Positions 36,607 to 49,190 of a stretch of 64,000 nucleotides of DNA are shown here, piece by piece; the first letter of the stretch is position 1, and every line of letters begins with the position of its first letter. The stretch spans positions 30,837,299-30,901,298 of the forward strand of contig NC_083436.1 of assembly GCF_020745735.1 (NCBI RefSeq), in the 5' to 3' direction. Below the pieces are notes generated by a model. That model was not told the origin of the DNA, ran no database searches, and saw only the letters and a list, made by a program, of their open reading frames with translations. The translations under genes were made by a program, and so were the position numbers. The stretch comes from Hemiscyllium ocellatum (taxonomy: Eukaryota).

Positions 36607-38876
36607 TTACCAACATTAAAATGAGCAGAAGTTTGATCAAAAGCCAGTGGATCTTTCTTCAAAGACTCTGAGTGCAGATCAGCAGATTAAATTAAAAGAA
36701 AGTTTGCACAAGTTAATTTCTGGGCAGGTAGAATGAGTTTTATGATTTGAAGATATTAATGAGCCTCTCCTTTAATTTGGTCTCAGTTTTTGTTAACTGT
36801 TTCTCTCGACTAGAAGAACTATCACTGTTACAGCATTGAGATACATGGGTTACATACTTCACTTTATTAAGATTAGAGCCTATAAAAGGAAGGATTAATG
36901 GACAAAGGTGATAGTGGAGCTGCCTTAAATATACTAGACGTCATTTTATTAACCTGCATTGAGTAACATTCTTTGACGATAAATTAAAATTATAAAGATG
37001 AAATTGCATGAAAAACACAGAATGCCTGCAGCAAAAAAGATATATCTTTTGTAACAAGCCTTTTGTTGACACTGATTGAAACCGATATTTATAAAAATGT
37101 CTGTAAGCATTGTTCAAGCAAATGTCTGAGATTTGGGAGATGGACTGCTGCTTAGCAACATCCTCAGAGGCTTGCTTTTATGCATCCATCCTGAAATATT
37201 TTCATCCTTTCCTCACAAAACTCATCAATGCAGGTAGGAAATATGGTATAGGAATTGGTTCTATTGACGTCAGTGTCAGATTTTTTTAAGCGCTTTTGTA
37301 CTTTTTGCACTATGTGGGATCTCTAACCTATCTATCTAATGTTTGACCGATTACAATCAATTGCCTTCCTTCTGTACTTTGTCTTAGTTTTATTATGGAA
37401 TGCAGAGCAGATCTGTAATACAGTCAATGCATCTATATCTTAAATACCTGTCAGAATGGAACGTGAAGGCAATCCATACGATTTTCTTGCTTGATTTAGT
37501 GGACAACTGGGATTAGATGTTTAATTGCATATATTATATGTGAAAGAAGTTTAGAAATTCAACTATTGGCAAAGGAGATCTTATTGATGTATTTAAGTTT
37601 TTGAGGATGGGAAGTTTTAAGAACTGAATGAGATGGATATAGAAAGAGTTTACATCTTTTGCATCATAAAGATTGCCAATTACCCCCCTCTGGTACTGCT
37701 TGGGTCTGGCCATGCCTCAGCACACACATGGAACTCCCATTCATCTATTTTTGCCTCAACCTCCTACTTGACTATTCCAATAGCCCATTAGCTGCCTGTC
37801 TAACTCTTAAGTGCCTCATTAACTCTTACATTATACAAAGCTCTCCTCTGTCCTTGGAAATACCACTCTTCATCCCTGTATTCTCAGATTTCCACATTTA
37901 AAATGCATCACCTCGGATTTGGACATTATTATGATACTATCCTTCCCTATTTTTGTAACGACCTCCAGCCATACACATCCCCAAACTCTTTGATTCTGCC
38001 TGAGGTCCCTTGTCCATCCATCAACTATTTTACCCCACTATTGGTGGCCTTGAATCCCAATGTCTGGAATCTTTCTCTGAAATTCTCTGTTTCGTTGCCT
38101 CCCTTTTACTCTTGAACACCCTCTTTCAATATAACCTCTTTAAAAGCTTTTGGACACCAATCCCAAGATCTGCTTTATTGTTGGAATCTATTTTTATCAC
38201 CTTATGCCTTTTTTTTCTTAATTATAGATTCAATATAACTGTGTTATTGTTAACTATACAAGGGAATGAAAATCATTAATTGAATGCATAATAAATGCCA
38301 GACTTCCCAGTGATGCTTACATTAATAAAGTTATGCAGTCTAGATATATTACATGCTTTCAAACAGATAGACAGAAACTCATATTCCTACACGCTGCTCC
38401 ATAGTTGTACTCATATGTATCCACCAGGTAAACAAAATTGCTGTGAATAGGCCCACACATCTGTGGGTGGGAATATTGGCAGGGAACTTCAATGCCAATT
38501 TGCACTGATTCCAGCATCTACAGTAATTAAGACCCATTAAGAACCATTGCTCTTCATATCACTAAGGTAGCCAGAATCAAGGAAAAGTTACCTTATTGGA
38601 GCATTGGCAAATGATCTAATGTCATAGTTGGTACTTCTCACAGTTGGCAAAATTGCCTGTTCACCAAACAGCAACATGACCATAACTGATCAGAATTGTT
38701 CCTCTAAAACATGGGCTGATGTCTGGAAAGGACAGCAATTGTTTTGAGAGGTTAACATCTTTGCTCCAGCTTCTCACATCAGGGAATGTTAAAGTTGACA
38801 ATGGCTCCACCTCAAGCAACACTCCCCAGAAAATTGGATGAGAGGTTATAATCCAGTAAACATGTGATTCTCAACA

Positions 38877-39115
38877 ATAATAGAGACAAAGCCCATTGGT
38901 TGCTTGAAATCTGAAACAAACAGAGAATGTTGGAGAACCTCACAGGTGTGGCAGCATCCTGTGGAGATAGAAACAGAACGAACATTTCAAATCCAATGCG
39001 ACTTTTCTTCAGAAATTCGGAAGAAGAATCCCTCTGGACTTGAAGTGGTGACGTGTTTCTCTGTCCACTGATGCTGTCAGACCTGCTGAGATTCTCCAGC
39101 ACTCTCTATCTTTGT
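38877..39115. mobile_element. Old Penelope-derived fold-back element, family D
   Basis: TSD ATGTGATT(C/T)TCAACA at 38862-38876 and 39116-39130. Decayed inverted arms meet at TTCTTCAGAAATTCGGAAGAA. Confidence 0.75.
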
Positions 39116-39902
39116 ATGTGATTTTCAACATCACACTAAACATCACAGAACCCAGGCTGGGAGTATTTGGGTAGAATTGTCAGATTTTAACTCATAATAG
39201 GGAAATAAACCGATGGAATAATCAAAAGAGTTTTAGCATTGTGATTGAATGGTGGGTAACCCCTCTCATGGACGAACAGATACAACCAGTAAGCAGCTGG
39301 GAGAGTGGGAACACTACAATTAGCCTATGTGGTGCTGAATTGATAGATTTAGTCTGGGTTTCAATGTTGGATCATTAGATTTCTAATGGAAGTTCATGTA
39401 CTCAACCATCAAAGAAGGACAGAATTTGCCTTCGCTATTGATAAATAGATTATGAGTCCATAATTTTTTAATATTCATACTTCAAGCTTTGAGGACTAAA
39501 AACTCTGCCTTGTTTATTCTGCAGGCTGATCACACAGTAGAAGGACACTGCTCAGTTTGCACCAGACTGGGTCAGCTTGTTCTCTCATGCTTTTACAGTG
39601 CAGCTGTGAATATGTTACCTACTGCAAGATTTGTACATATCTTTAGTTCCTAACTGTAGCATATAACAATACGCATACAATAATATATAACAGATGTTTC
39701 CACACTGTAGGGATTCTATTATTCTATGATATGCTGCACCAGAATGGAATAGCCTGCCAATAAAGTCACTATAGTCCTATTGAACCATTGGTGTGGGTCC
39801 TCATTCGAGAGAGACAACATGTGGAGGGTCACCATGCCTCAGACGAGGGGACAAGTTGAGAATACAAGTCCCTTGTGGTAACCTTGTAACAAAGTTGGCA
39901 CA

Positions 39903-40021
39903 GGCAAAAGTGAGGACTGCAGATATTGGAAACCAGAGTTTAGATGAGAGTGGTGCTAGAAAAGCCCAGCATGTCAGGCAGCATCCGAGGAGCAGGAAAA
40001 TTGACATTTCAGGCAAAAGCC
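39903..40021 (-). mobile_element. Penelope terminal fragment, family A, inserted in another SINE
   Basis: 13-bp TSD CAAAGTTGGCACA at 39890-39902 and 40022-40034. Truncated at HHR stem II. Confidence 0.85.
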
Positions 40022-40638
40022 CAAAGTTGGCACAACGACACCAACTCCAACTAACTGAGCTAACCAATTCCCCCAATGTGCCAATGCTCGCCTATTGTTA
40101 ACATTTGATGTTGAATATATAAGGAAGGTAGTAGAGATTTGGAGCAAACTGTTTGCTCCACTCCCACACCCTGGCTGTCTAATTTATCCTGAGGTCACTG
40201 AAATCTTCTCCACTTTATCATGTTTGTCATGTTTATTTCCTTCCTTTGCCATAACCATTCACGGATCTCTGGATCTCTGATGCAGATTTTGTTTTCTATA
40301 ATTTCTTTCACCGTTGCTTTCTTTTGCCTTTATGCATGATCACTTCTGTTGTTGAACTTCTCCTGCTCTCCACCTAAATACAGCATTTTCTTTTGTCCCC
40401 TTTTCCTGGTTTTGCCTTGCTGTATAAACAATTTGCCTGTAACACCTTGCATTTATGATGAGAATCAATCTGCCTGAAAAATGATCAAACCTCCCCTTCT
40501 CCACAAAGTCTGCCTAACCTGCATTTTCTGACTTCTGATATTCTTTTGATACCTGCGTTAAAGTTGAGTGAATAGGGTTCAGGTACAGAACAGCCATGAT
40601 CTGATAGAATGGTCTAATAGGCTAAATGGACTACTTCT

Positions 40639-40999
40639 TACTGAGTTTTGAGAAGATTTGTAGCTCAGGTTGAAGTTTTGGATGTAGGTTTGCTCGCTGA
40701 GCAGAAAGGTTCATTTCCAGAAGTTTCGTTACTTTACTAGGTAACATCTTCAATGGACCTCATGTGAAGTCAAACAAACACATCGAGTTAGACCCCCATC
40801 TACCACCCCCTGAGAAAAGGAACGGGAAGTGACTTCACCACAGGAAATAACATCACCACAGGAAATGACATCACCAACCCAAAGAAACCCAAACATATAA
40901 ATAGAAAGCAGCAATTTTCAGCAATACTTTGCATGAGGTCCACTGAAGATGCGACCTAGTAAGGTAACAAAATGTCTGGAAATGAACTTTTCAGCTCAG
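40639..40999. mobile_element. Penelope insertion, family C-related: inverted terminal repeats around the ORF C-terminus and 3' UTR
   Basis: 12-bp TSD TGGACTACTTCT at 40627-40638 and 41000-41011. Internal DNA codes NKHIELDP-IYHPLRK (frameshifted), resembling the end of a Penelope GIY-YIG region. Decayed HHRs on both strands, with stem I TCCA/TGGA. Confidence 0.8.
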
Positions 41000-41480
41000 T
41001 GGACTACTTCTGTTTGGTAGTTCTTGAAGTCACGAATTATTGAGGTACTGAAAACTGCCTGGTACTTGTGGAATCACATTTGGGAGAGCATAGAAGACAG
41101 TTGTCTTCAAGATTAAAGAACTTATTTCAGTGCAAGCTCTGCGGAGTCTTGGTGTGATTCAAAGACCTTTTTAAGCAAACCCATTCCCGGTCACATAATC
41201 AAAGCATTAGTCTGCACTAATGAATTCCACCATATTTTATTCACCAAGTAAGTTTCTGTTTAGCCTGGATTATTACAAAAGCAATTAACAATCTTTAAAA
41301 ACAAAGAATTAGGCATTAATTTACAAAATAGTTTTAATGCTATCCAGTGAGGGGTTGGGAGGTTTCAACTGAATCTTTTACACATGTTTAAAAGCTGATT
41401 GAAGATTTGTAGCTCGGGTATCCGTTGTTGTGGTTCTGCTCGCCGAGCTGAAAGTTTTTGCTGCACACGAGGCTCCAACA

Positions 41481-41520
41481 GCACTGATGATGTTCCCTAG
41501 CCAGGGAACGAAACGTTTGC
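41481..41520 (+). ncRNA. Minimal hammerhead ribozyme motif, tandem copy 1
   Basis: GCA-CTGATGA-T-GTTCCCT-agcc-AGGGAAC-GAAA-CG-TT-TGC: stem I GCA/TGC, 7-bp stem II, ACGT palindrome, cleavage after 41517. Confidence 0.85.
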
Positions 41521-41696
41521 AGCAAAAACTTCCAGCTCGGCGAGCAGAACCACAACAACGGATACCCGAGCTACAAATCTTCAATCAGATTTTAAACACT
41601 TACGGGCGCGAAACGCTGAAACAAGCCAGGAGATGGGAATCCTGCGCTAACCGCCTCAGCGCAACATATGACAGCGCTTCACACGAGGCTGCAACA

Positions 41697-41736
41697 GCAC
41701 TGATGATGTTCCCTAGCCAGGGAACGAAACGTTTGC
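41697..41736 (+). ncRNA. Minimal hammerhead ribozyme motif, tandem copy 2
   Basis: Identical to copy 1; cleavage after 41733. Confidence 0.85.
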
Positions 41737-43908
41737 AGCAAAAACTTCCAGCTCGGCGAGCAGAACCACAACTTTTACACATGTTTTTACATTTTATTTC
41801 AATTGATTCATCAATAATAGATTTATTAACATTTTACATTATTATAACCTTTTAGTAGGCATTTTATTGTGAAATATCCATGTGCTACAAATTCTATACA
41901 TGGAAACTATATGTGAGATTATATATGCATTCTGTAACATTCTCTCTGTTACTTGTTTACTTTGGAGTGCATTTTCCTCAAAATGTGGTGTTTTTCTCAC
42001 ACACACCCTGGAACTGGGATGTCTTCAGCTAAATGAACACTGCTGTGCCAACAATTACCATAGGTAGGTAGGTTTCAGTTTTACCAGGTAATAGGGGATA
42101 TCGTTTAGGAAAGTTCCCATCAAACTGTGCTTATTTTTCATTCAATGCAGCAGAGATCAGAAATACCTGTTTTATCATGTAGTTAGCTGTCACTGTTTTT
42201 GACATAATGTGAGCTTGGATATTCAAATAGTTTCAGAGCCAGCAGTTAACAGCTGTCTCGAGCAGCAGTTATATCTCTCCTGGAGGACTGGGAACAGCTG
42301 TTCTCTAATAGATGCTGTTTCAGGGAGGCCACTGGGATACAGCACAGTTAAACTAGGTGGATCTTGATCTGCAGTAACTAATCAGAGGAAATTTAACATG
42401 TAATGACATTGTTGGTAATATGTTAGAGTCGTGTTTGGCTTCACCAAATGCAGTGATACTTGGTTAAAGGGAAGCTTGTTTAACACCTTGAAATTATTTG
42501 ACAGCTTCCTGTCATCTTTCCATTAGAAAAGGACAACACTGCTTAAGATATCGAAGGCAAGTTGAGATTTAAATTGTCCATGAGCATTTATTGCAATGAT
42601 TAAACAAGACCGACAAAGGTTTTAGAAATGCATTCATCATTTGGACAACTGTAAATATTAATTGAAAATTAAACAATTATCTATGTCTCTCTCAAAGCAA
42701 GAGATTAATCTGAAAAATATGATAGTTACTTTATTGACGTTATCCTGTGGTATCCTGTGACCTCGTTGCAAGATGTTTATGAACTGTTTTGACTTTGTCT
42801 AATTTCAACTTGAAAAGAAGTTTCAGATGAAAACCTTTACCACAAGCTAGAATACAAAGTCCCCATTCATTCATTCTGTTATTGCAGTGTCTGAGTACAG
42901 AAGCAAATATTTGGCAGAGGAATGCAGGGCCAACAATGGTGTAAGTGATGGGATATTCCTTTTCATAGAAGCGTATGCTAAGGTTACATTTCCTCTTCAC
43001 AATTTATTTTTATAACCATCGAAAAAAGCTTTTGTGAGACAAATGTGCTCCTAAATAGACTCCCCAATAGCTTGAAAGCATTTTGAAGCGATTATGGCTA
43101 TAGAGCCATCAACATTTCAGAATAAAAGGACTTCCAGTTCGTGTCAATATATTTGCCCTCAAATGTCAAGAAATGCAGTTACCTTGATCAGAGTCGCCTC
43201 TTTTCACCCTCTGCAATATGTTTAGATGCAAGAAATAGTAAAGCTTTGCACCAACACTTCATTCATAAATGTCTAGTTGTCACCCTGATTTCATATAAAA
43301 TATGCTAGTTGAAAAGTTGCCAGTGCTTCAAGAAGAAATGTTAATAGTGGACTTTACCCAGGTTGTACCACCTTCAAACTATTTGCCTAATCTTAAATGC
43401 ACATGTCATATTAATTGGACATTGAGGTATGTCGGGTTATTTATCATTAGCTTGTGAATGTGTGTTGCCATGTTTAACTGAAAAAAAAAGTTCCAGTTCA
43501 GATTTGGAAAATATTCTGTTCTGGTATATGCACAACCTAAGTACTCGATTATGACTAAAAACAGTGTGTGTGCCAAGAAGAAAAAAATGGCTAGCTTGAA
43601 ACATTTGGAGGATTTCCTTTTGCTTAAAAAAGTGTATAGTAAAATGGTAAAGCTGCTATGGAGAATGAGAATATGAATTTGTTATAATTTTTTAAAAAAT
43701 CATTCACAGGAAAGGACATCAACAGGCTAGGGTAGCATTTATTGCCCAGTGGGCAGTTAAAAGTCAAACACATTGCTGTAGTCACATGTATGCCAAACCA
43801 GGTCAAGTTTCCTTCTCTCAAGGGCATTAGTGATCCAGATGGATTTTCCAACAATGGTTATCATTAGACTCTTAATTATATTGAATTCAAATTCCACCAT
43901 CTACTGTA

Positions 43909-44190
43909 GGGCGGCACGGTGGTTAGCACTGCTGCCTCACAGCGCCAGAGACCCAGGTTCAATTCCCGGCTCAAGCAACTGACTGTCTGGAGTTTGCACA
44001 TTCTCCCCGTGTCTGCGTGGGTATCCTCCCACAGTCCAAAAATGTGCAGGTTAGGTGAATTGGCCATGCTAAATTGCCCATCGTGATAGGTGAAGGGGTA
44101 AATGTAGGGGAATGGGTCTGAGTGGGTTGCGGGTCGGTGTGGACTTGTTGCCCCAAAGGGCCTGTTTCCACACTGTAAGTAATCTAATCT
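43909..44190 (+). mobile_element. HE1-like V-SINE
   Basis: Head, V-domain with a small deletion, AATCT tail. Confidence 0.9.
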
Positions 44191-44354
44191 TTAAAAAAAA
44201 GTTGTGAATCTATATCTCAGACCTCTAGACTAATGGCCCACTGACAATACCACAAGGTTGTTGCATCCCGCTGAGAAAATTGTACTTTTGGCTTTTGCAA
44301 GATGTTCTTGTTTGGTTAAGTATTTTTGAGGCAATTATTTATGTACAGAAGGTA

Positions 44355-44878
44355 CAATGGAACTATCTAAAGAAAGATATACTGGCATTGGAGACAATCC
44401 AGAGATGGGTGAAATCAAGTATGGAGGGATAATCTTCTGAGAAAAAGTTAAGTGGCTTGGTTCTGTACTCACTGGAATGTAGGAGCATGAGAGGCAACCT
44501 GACTGAAATGTAAAAGATTCTAAGGGGGCTTGAGTGGGTAGATGTGGAAAGGTTGTTTTCCCTTGTGGGATAGTTTAGGACCAGAGAGCATAATCTCAGA
44601 ATAAGAGCTTTCAAGACAAATGAAGAGGAATTTCATATCCCAGAGGTTAGTGAATCTGTGGAATTCTTTACCACAGAGCACTGTTGAAGTTCGGTCATTA
44701 AATGAATTCAAGACTGACATAGGCAGATTTTTAATCAGTAAGGCAGTGGAGAGTTATGGGGAAAAGGCATTAAAATGGAGTTGAGGATTATCAGGTCAAT
44801 CATAATCTCATTGAATGGTGGAGCAGACATGATGGACTGAACGGCCTACTTCTACTCCTAGATCTGATCATTATATGA
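44355..44878 (+). mobile_element. CR1-like LINE 3' fragment (second family)
   Basis: Decayed YSLE.R.MRGNL.EM.KIL.G and NF.SQR.VNLWNSLP coding; 3' end GACTGAACGGCCTACTTCTACTCCTA. Confidence 0.85.
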
Positions 44879-45098
44879 TCAATCCGAACTGGACGTTCAA
44901 GCTATTGCTATACCATTGTAATTCTGAAGGAGTTTCTTTTCTGTTGCAGCTCAATGCTCTGCTGTGTTTTACTCAATCTGTCAATTTCACCCCAACAATT
45001 CTCATCACACTCACAGCAATGAGGCAGATTCCAAATGAACCTCAATAGCACCTATGTAATAAAGCTTGTAAAACTTCTGCTTGGAGTCAACAAATTAA

Positions 45099-45199
45099 TG
45101 GAGCGGTGCAGGATGAAGGGCTTTTGCTTGAAACGTTGATCTTCCTGCTCCTCGGATGCTGCCTGACCTGCTGTGCTTTTCCAGCACCACTCTAATTTG
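45099..45199 (+). mobile_element. Penelope terminal fragment, family A, decayed HHR
   Basis: 13-bp TSD GTCAACAAATTAA at 45086-45098 and 45200-45212. Confidence 0.85.
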
Positions 45200-45212
45200 G
45201 TCAACAAATTAA

Positions 45213-45496
45213 GATTAGATTAGATTTCCTACAGTGTGGAAACAGGCCCTTCGGCCCAACCAGTCACACTGACCCTCCGAAGATTAACCCACCCAGACCC
45301 ATTTCCCTCTGATTAATGCACCTATCACTATGGTCAATTTAACATGGCCAATTCAGCTGACCTGCACATCTTTGGATTGTGGGAGGGAACCCACGCAGAA
45401 TGTGCAGACTCCATACAGACAGTTACCCGGGGCTGGAATCAAACCTGGGACCCCGCTGCTGTGAGGCAGCAGTGCTAACCACTGAGCCACCATGCC
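45213..45496 (-). mobile_element. HE1-like V-SINE
   Basis: Reverse-complement copy abutting the Penelope TSD. Confidence 0.9.
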
Positions 45497-46385
45497 AGCG
45501 TTGATTGTGGCTGGCAAATAACTTTGAGCACACGTCAGCAACTACTTGTATTTATCAATGACGGTCATCCATTTTGGTCTTGGTGACTAACTCCATATCA
45601 CCTTAGGTGGCTCAACAGGCCCTTCTGCTACATTGGCTGCAGAACAATGGTGGTCTGAGAAACTGCAGGATTTGCTGACTTCTGTTTTTCTGGGAACATC
45701 TTCTCAGCCTGCAGAACGTCTTGCCTCTTCCAAAGCCCTTCCAACCAGTCAGCCTACAGAGATCCCAGATGTCTGTGCTGTAGAATACGTTGGGAAATTG
45801 GGTTTGGAGGATTCACAGTCTGACCTTCTTAATCCTTTCCACATTTTATCATTTAACTTGGATACAAGAGCTGCAATTTTAGCAATGCATCTGTGAATTT
45901 CAGCTGTGGTACATTGCAGGTTATTATTGAACCTAGATAGATGAAACTATCAACAACCTCCAACTTCACATTGTCAATACTGACAGATAGCAGTACTATG
46001 ATGTCCAAGGCCATGCCATTATCTCCTGGTGATGATGGTCAAACAGAACTCCTGACAGGTATGACAGAGCCTGTCCATTTGCTGCTGAAGATGTTTCTCC
46101 ATTTGGAACAGCAGTTGCACTATCATCGTCATGGAGTAACTTTCAGATGAGGACGTGGCACATTTCTGGCCTAGGCCTCTGGTGAGCACAGCTAAATAGC
46201 TTTTCTCTGAGTTCTAGTATGTAATTAGATAAAATGAATGGGGTAATACAGTAGCAAAGAGGAGAATACGCCAAAGAGTGTTTGGGCCAGAACACAACCT
46301 TGTTTGACCCCAGTGCAGATCTCAGTTGGGCTCTGGTTTTGCTCTGTCATGGTTGACCTTGCCTACCATGTTGTCATGAGGGGGG

Positions 46386-46585
46386 AGTCAGTTAGCTTAG
46401 TTGGCTGGATGGCTGGTTTGTGATGCAGAGTGCCATCAACAATGCGATTTAATTTCACACCATCTCATGTTGCCATGATGGTCTTGCATTCTCGACTGAG
46501 ACATGGTGACCTCTTGGCTACAATTCACTATCACTCCTTGGTCTCTAATGAATCAGCAGTCCTCTGGAACTATGGTGACTACTAT
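46386..46585 (+). mobile_element. tRNA-derived SINE (TAGCTCAGTTGGCTGGATGG family)
   Basis: Related copies at about 39760-40066 (-) and 62900-63095 (-). Confidence 0.6.
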
Positions 46586-48959
46586 GTGTTGTCATGGAAA
46601 GAGAAGATTGTATTCAGCAATGTTGATGAGTAGCCAATTTTCTAGTTTAAATCAGCTACCTCTACTCACATGATCAAATGCCTCGGTGAGTTGAATAAAG
46701 GTAATAACCATTCATCGATTTTCTCTTGAGAAATGGTGTGAACAAAAGCAATCTCTGGCATTTATAAATGTATCACTCTTAACACAGTAAAATACCCCAA
46801 AGTGCTGCACAGGAACATCAAATGAAGTTTGGTGACAAACCAGGTAAGGTGATATGTCGCCAGGTGATCAATTGTTTGGTCAAAGAAATAGATTTTAAAG
46901 AACACCTTGAAGGAGGGACAAGTGAAAGAGTGGGCTGAAAGTGTTGGGAGGGTGCTTCAGACTCTGCAGCTGAAGGCAAGGTAACAAATGGTGCAGATGG
47001 ATCTAAAGTCATAACTCCAGATCTATCTGCACCATTGCAAATGTTGAATTGCACTGTTCGATCAAAAAATTCAACATTTCACAGTTTTTTGTAATTTTAC
47101 TTTCTGGTTAATGGTCTATCTGGTAACATTATAGAACATTGTTTTGTGTGGACCAGAAGATTGAAGAAAAGGTTACACACAAAGACATTAACAAAGTTCA
47201 AATAATTAAACCATTCAAGATTATTCAGTACTGAACAGATTTCAAATTACAACAGAGTATGAATATTCATTTACATTATAAGAATAACAAACATTTGTAA
47301 AACCAGCCTGAAAGGTCTTCATCAATAGACTTCAGCATTCATACTTTTATTAACACAAGCAGCACTAAAATAACTAGTTAACTCACACTAAAGTACATCC
47401 CTGTAATAACCTATTCAATCATATTATAAAGTCGTGTCAAGAAAGTCACAATATTTCATCTTTATGCAAATACTTCAGCGTCAAACCATTTGTGTATTGC
47501 TAAGGTTTTTTATTAAAGTGCATTCTTTTTAATTTGTCCCAATAAAACATCAACCCTATTGCCCAAGAATTATAGCAACTATTAGAGTAACATATGGACA
47601 TTGTGCACTCAGAAAATAAAAATCAACAGCTAAAGTGGCAGGGTCACAACAGGGAGCAAACACTTAACAAAATGGCAGTTGGGTAATAGATTTTCTTCCA
47701 ATGCACTTGTATGTAGGGGGTGTCATGTGAATCAAAGCTGTATTACATAGAGCTGCCTGTACATGTAACTGCATTTAGACCAGGCCATCACTCACAAACA
47801 TCATTCACATGAATATCTTGACCCAAGAATGTGATAGAAATCTGATGCCAGCTATTGAGGACGAGGCCTGATCAGCATTCATGTTTGACACATGATTGAG
47901 GTTTTTCAAACAAACTCATTGTAAGATAAATATTTGAGCTAGTTCAGAAGCCCCAGATCGAACAAGAGCATTTCCTGAAAATAGTCGATGTTACTTTCTT
48001 TTAAGGGTGGCGTTCTGAAGGAGAACGAAAACTAGGTGAAATAATTGTATCCCAGTTGCTTATTTAGTATTTTACTTATGTAACTTTCAACGATCATTCA
48101 GGCAAAGGTAATATTTCTTTGCATTGGCATCATTAATTTTAAAAGATCATCAAAGAATTTCTTACCTGATCTGTGCTCTAACCTCTTGCAACATTTCTTA
48201 GGTTGGAATGTGAATTACCTGTTTTGAGTTAAGTATGAGTTGCCACAGCCTGAATAGCACTCACAGTTTGCAACTTTTTCATCTACTTCCCACTTGGGAG
48301 GTATGCTTGCCTTGTGTTCTCTGTTCTTATTCTGCACTATTGTTGTCCTTAACATGTCCTGCATTTTGTTACCTTTCCTTTCGACTGAATGCACAGACTT
48401 GGTGTGGGGAGTGGATGGAGGTGCATTTATGGAATTGATTCAGCCTGTGGGGCTCTTGATTTCACTGCTGCAATTGAAGCAAATTAAAATAGCAGTTTTC
48501 TAAAACTTCCAACCTCGCCTCCTGATCAGTAAGTGAGGACACTTTCCATTCTGCAACTGTCTGAAAAGGCAAGTACAAGTTTATTTAGTTATTCATTGAG
48601 GACAGTGGGCTTTGCTGATTGGGCCAGCATTTATTGCTCAGCCCTAATTACCCTTGAGAAGGTGAGGGTGTATTGCCTTCTTGAATTGCTGCAGTCCTTT
48701 AGGTAGAGGTAGATACCGTGTGCTATTAGGAAGGGAGTTCCAGAATTTTCACCCAGCCATATTAAAGGAACAGCAATTTATTTCCAAGCCAGGATGGTGA
48801 GTGACTTGGAAGGGAACTTGCAAGTGGTGGTGTTCCCATATATCTGCTGCCCTTGCTCTTCCAGTTGCTAATGTCTCAGGTTTGAAAGGGGCTGTTTAAG
48901 GAGCGTGGAAAAGACAAAAGATTTCCAATATTATAATACAAAACCAGAGATTTACATCT

Positions 48960-49190
48960 CAATCCATCTGAGAATGTATATTTTACCTTTCATGACAACA
49001 GGATGTCTTTAAATGCTTTCCATGGTCAATAAAGCACCTTTGGAACACACAGTTGTAATACAGGAAAGGAACAACAAATTTGCACAAAGCGAGCTCCCAA
49101 AAACAGCATTGGGACAATCATCAGATACTCCACTTTAGTGAAGTTGAATGAAATGTCACTATTGGCCAGCACACTGGGGAGAACTCAGGA
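48960..49190 (-). mobile_element. Deu-domain SINE remnant (SacSINE1/AmnSINE1-like)
   Basis: Reverse strand reads GAGTTCTCCCCAGTGTGCTGGCCAAT...TGCTGTTTTTGGGAGCTCGCTTTGTGCAAATT. Related + strand copy at about 51860-52105. Confidence 0.55.

Larger units (their letters stand above)
41390..41771. mobile_element. Mini-Penelope / retrozyme-like insertion, family C, with tandem hammerheads
   Basis: 15-bp TSD CTTTTACACATGTTT at 41375-41389 and 41772-41786. Inverted arm at 41390-41465. Direct repeats at 41464-41555 and 41680-41771. The spacer codes QILNTYGRETLKQARRWESCANRLSA, like a Penelope ORF N-terminus. Confidence 0.9.

Noticed and set aside
41430-41855. 141-aa ORF with an internal repeat
   Set aside because: It has a non-ATG start and runs through duplicated ribozyme repeats. 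Only the middle ~30 codons look like a true Penelope ORF remnant.
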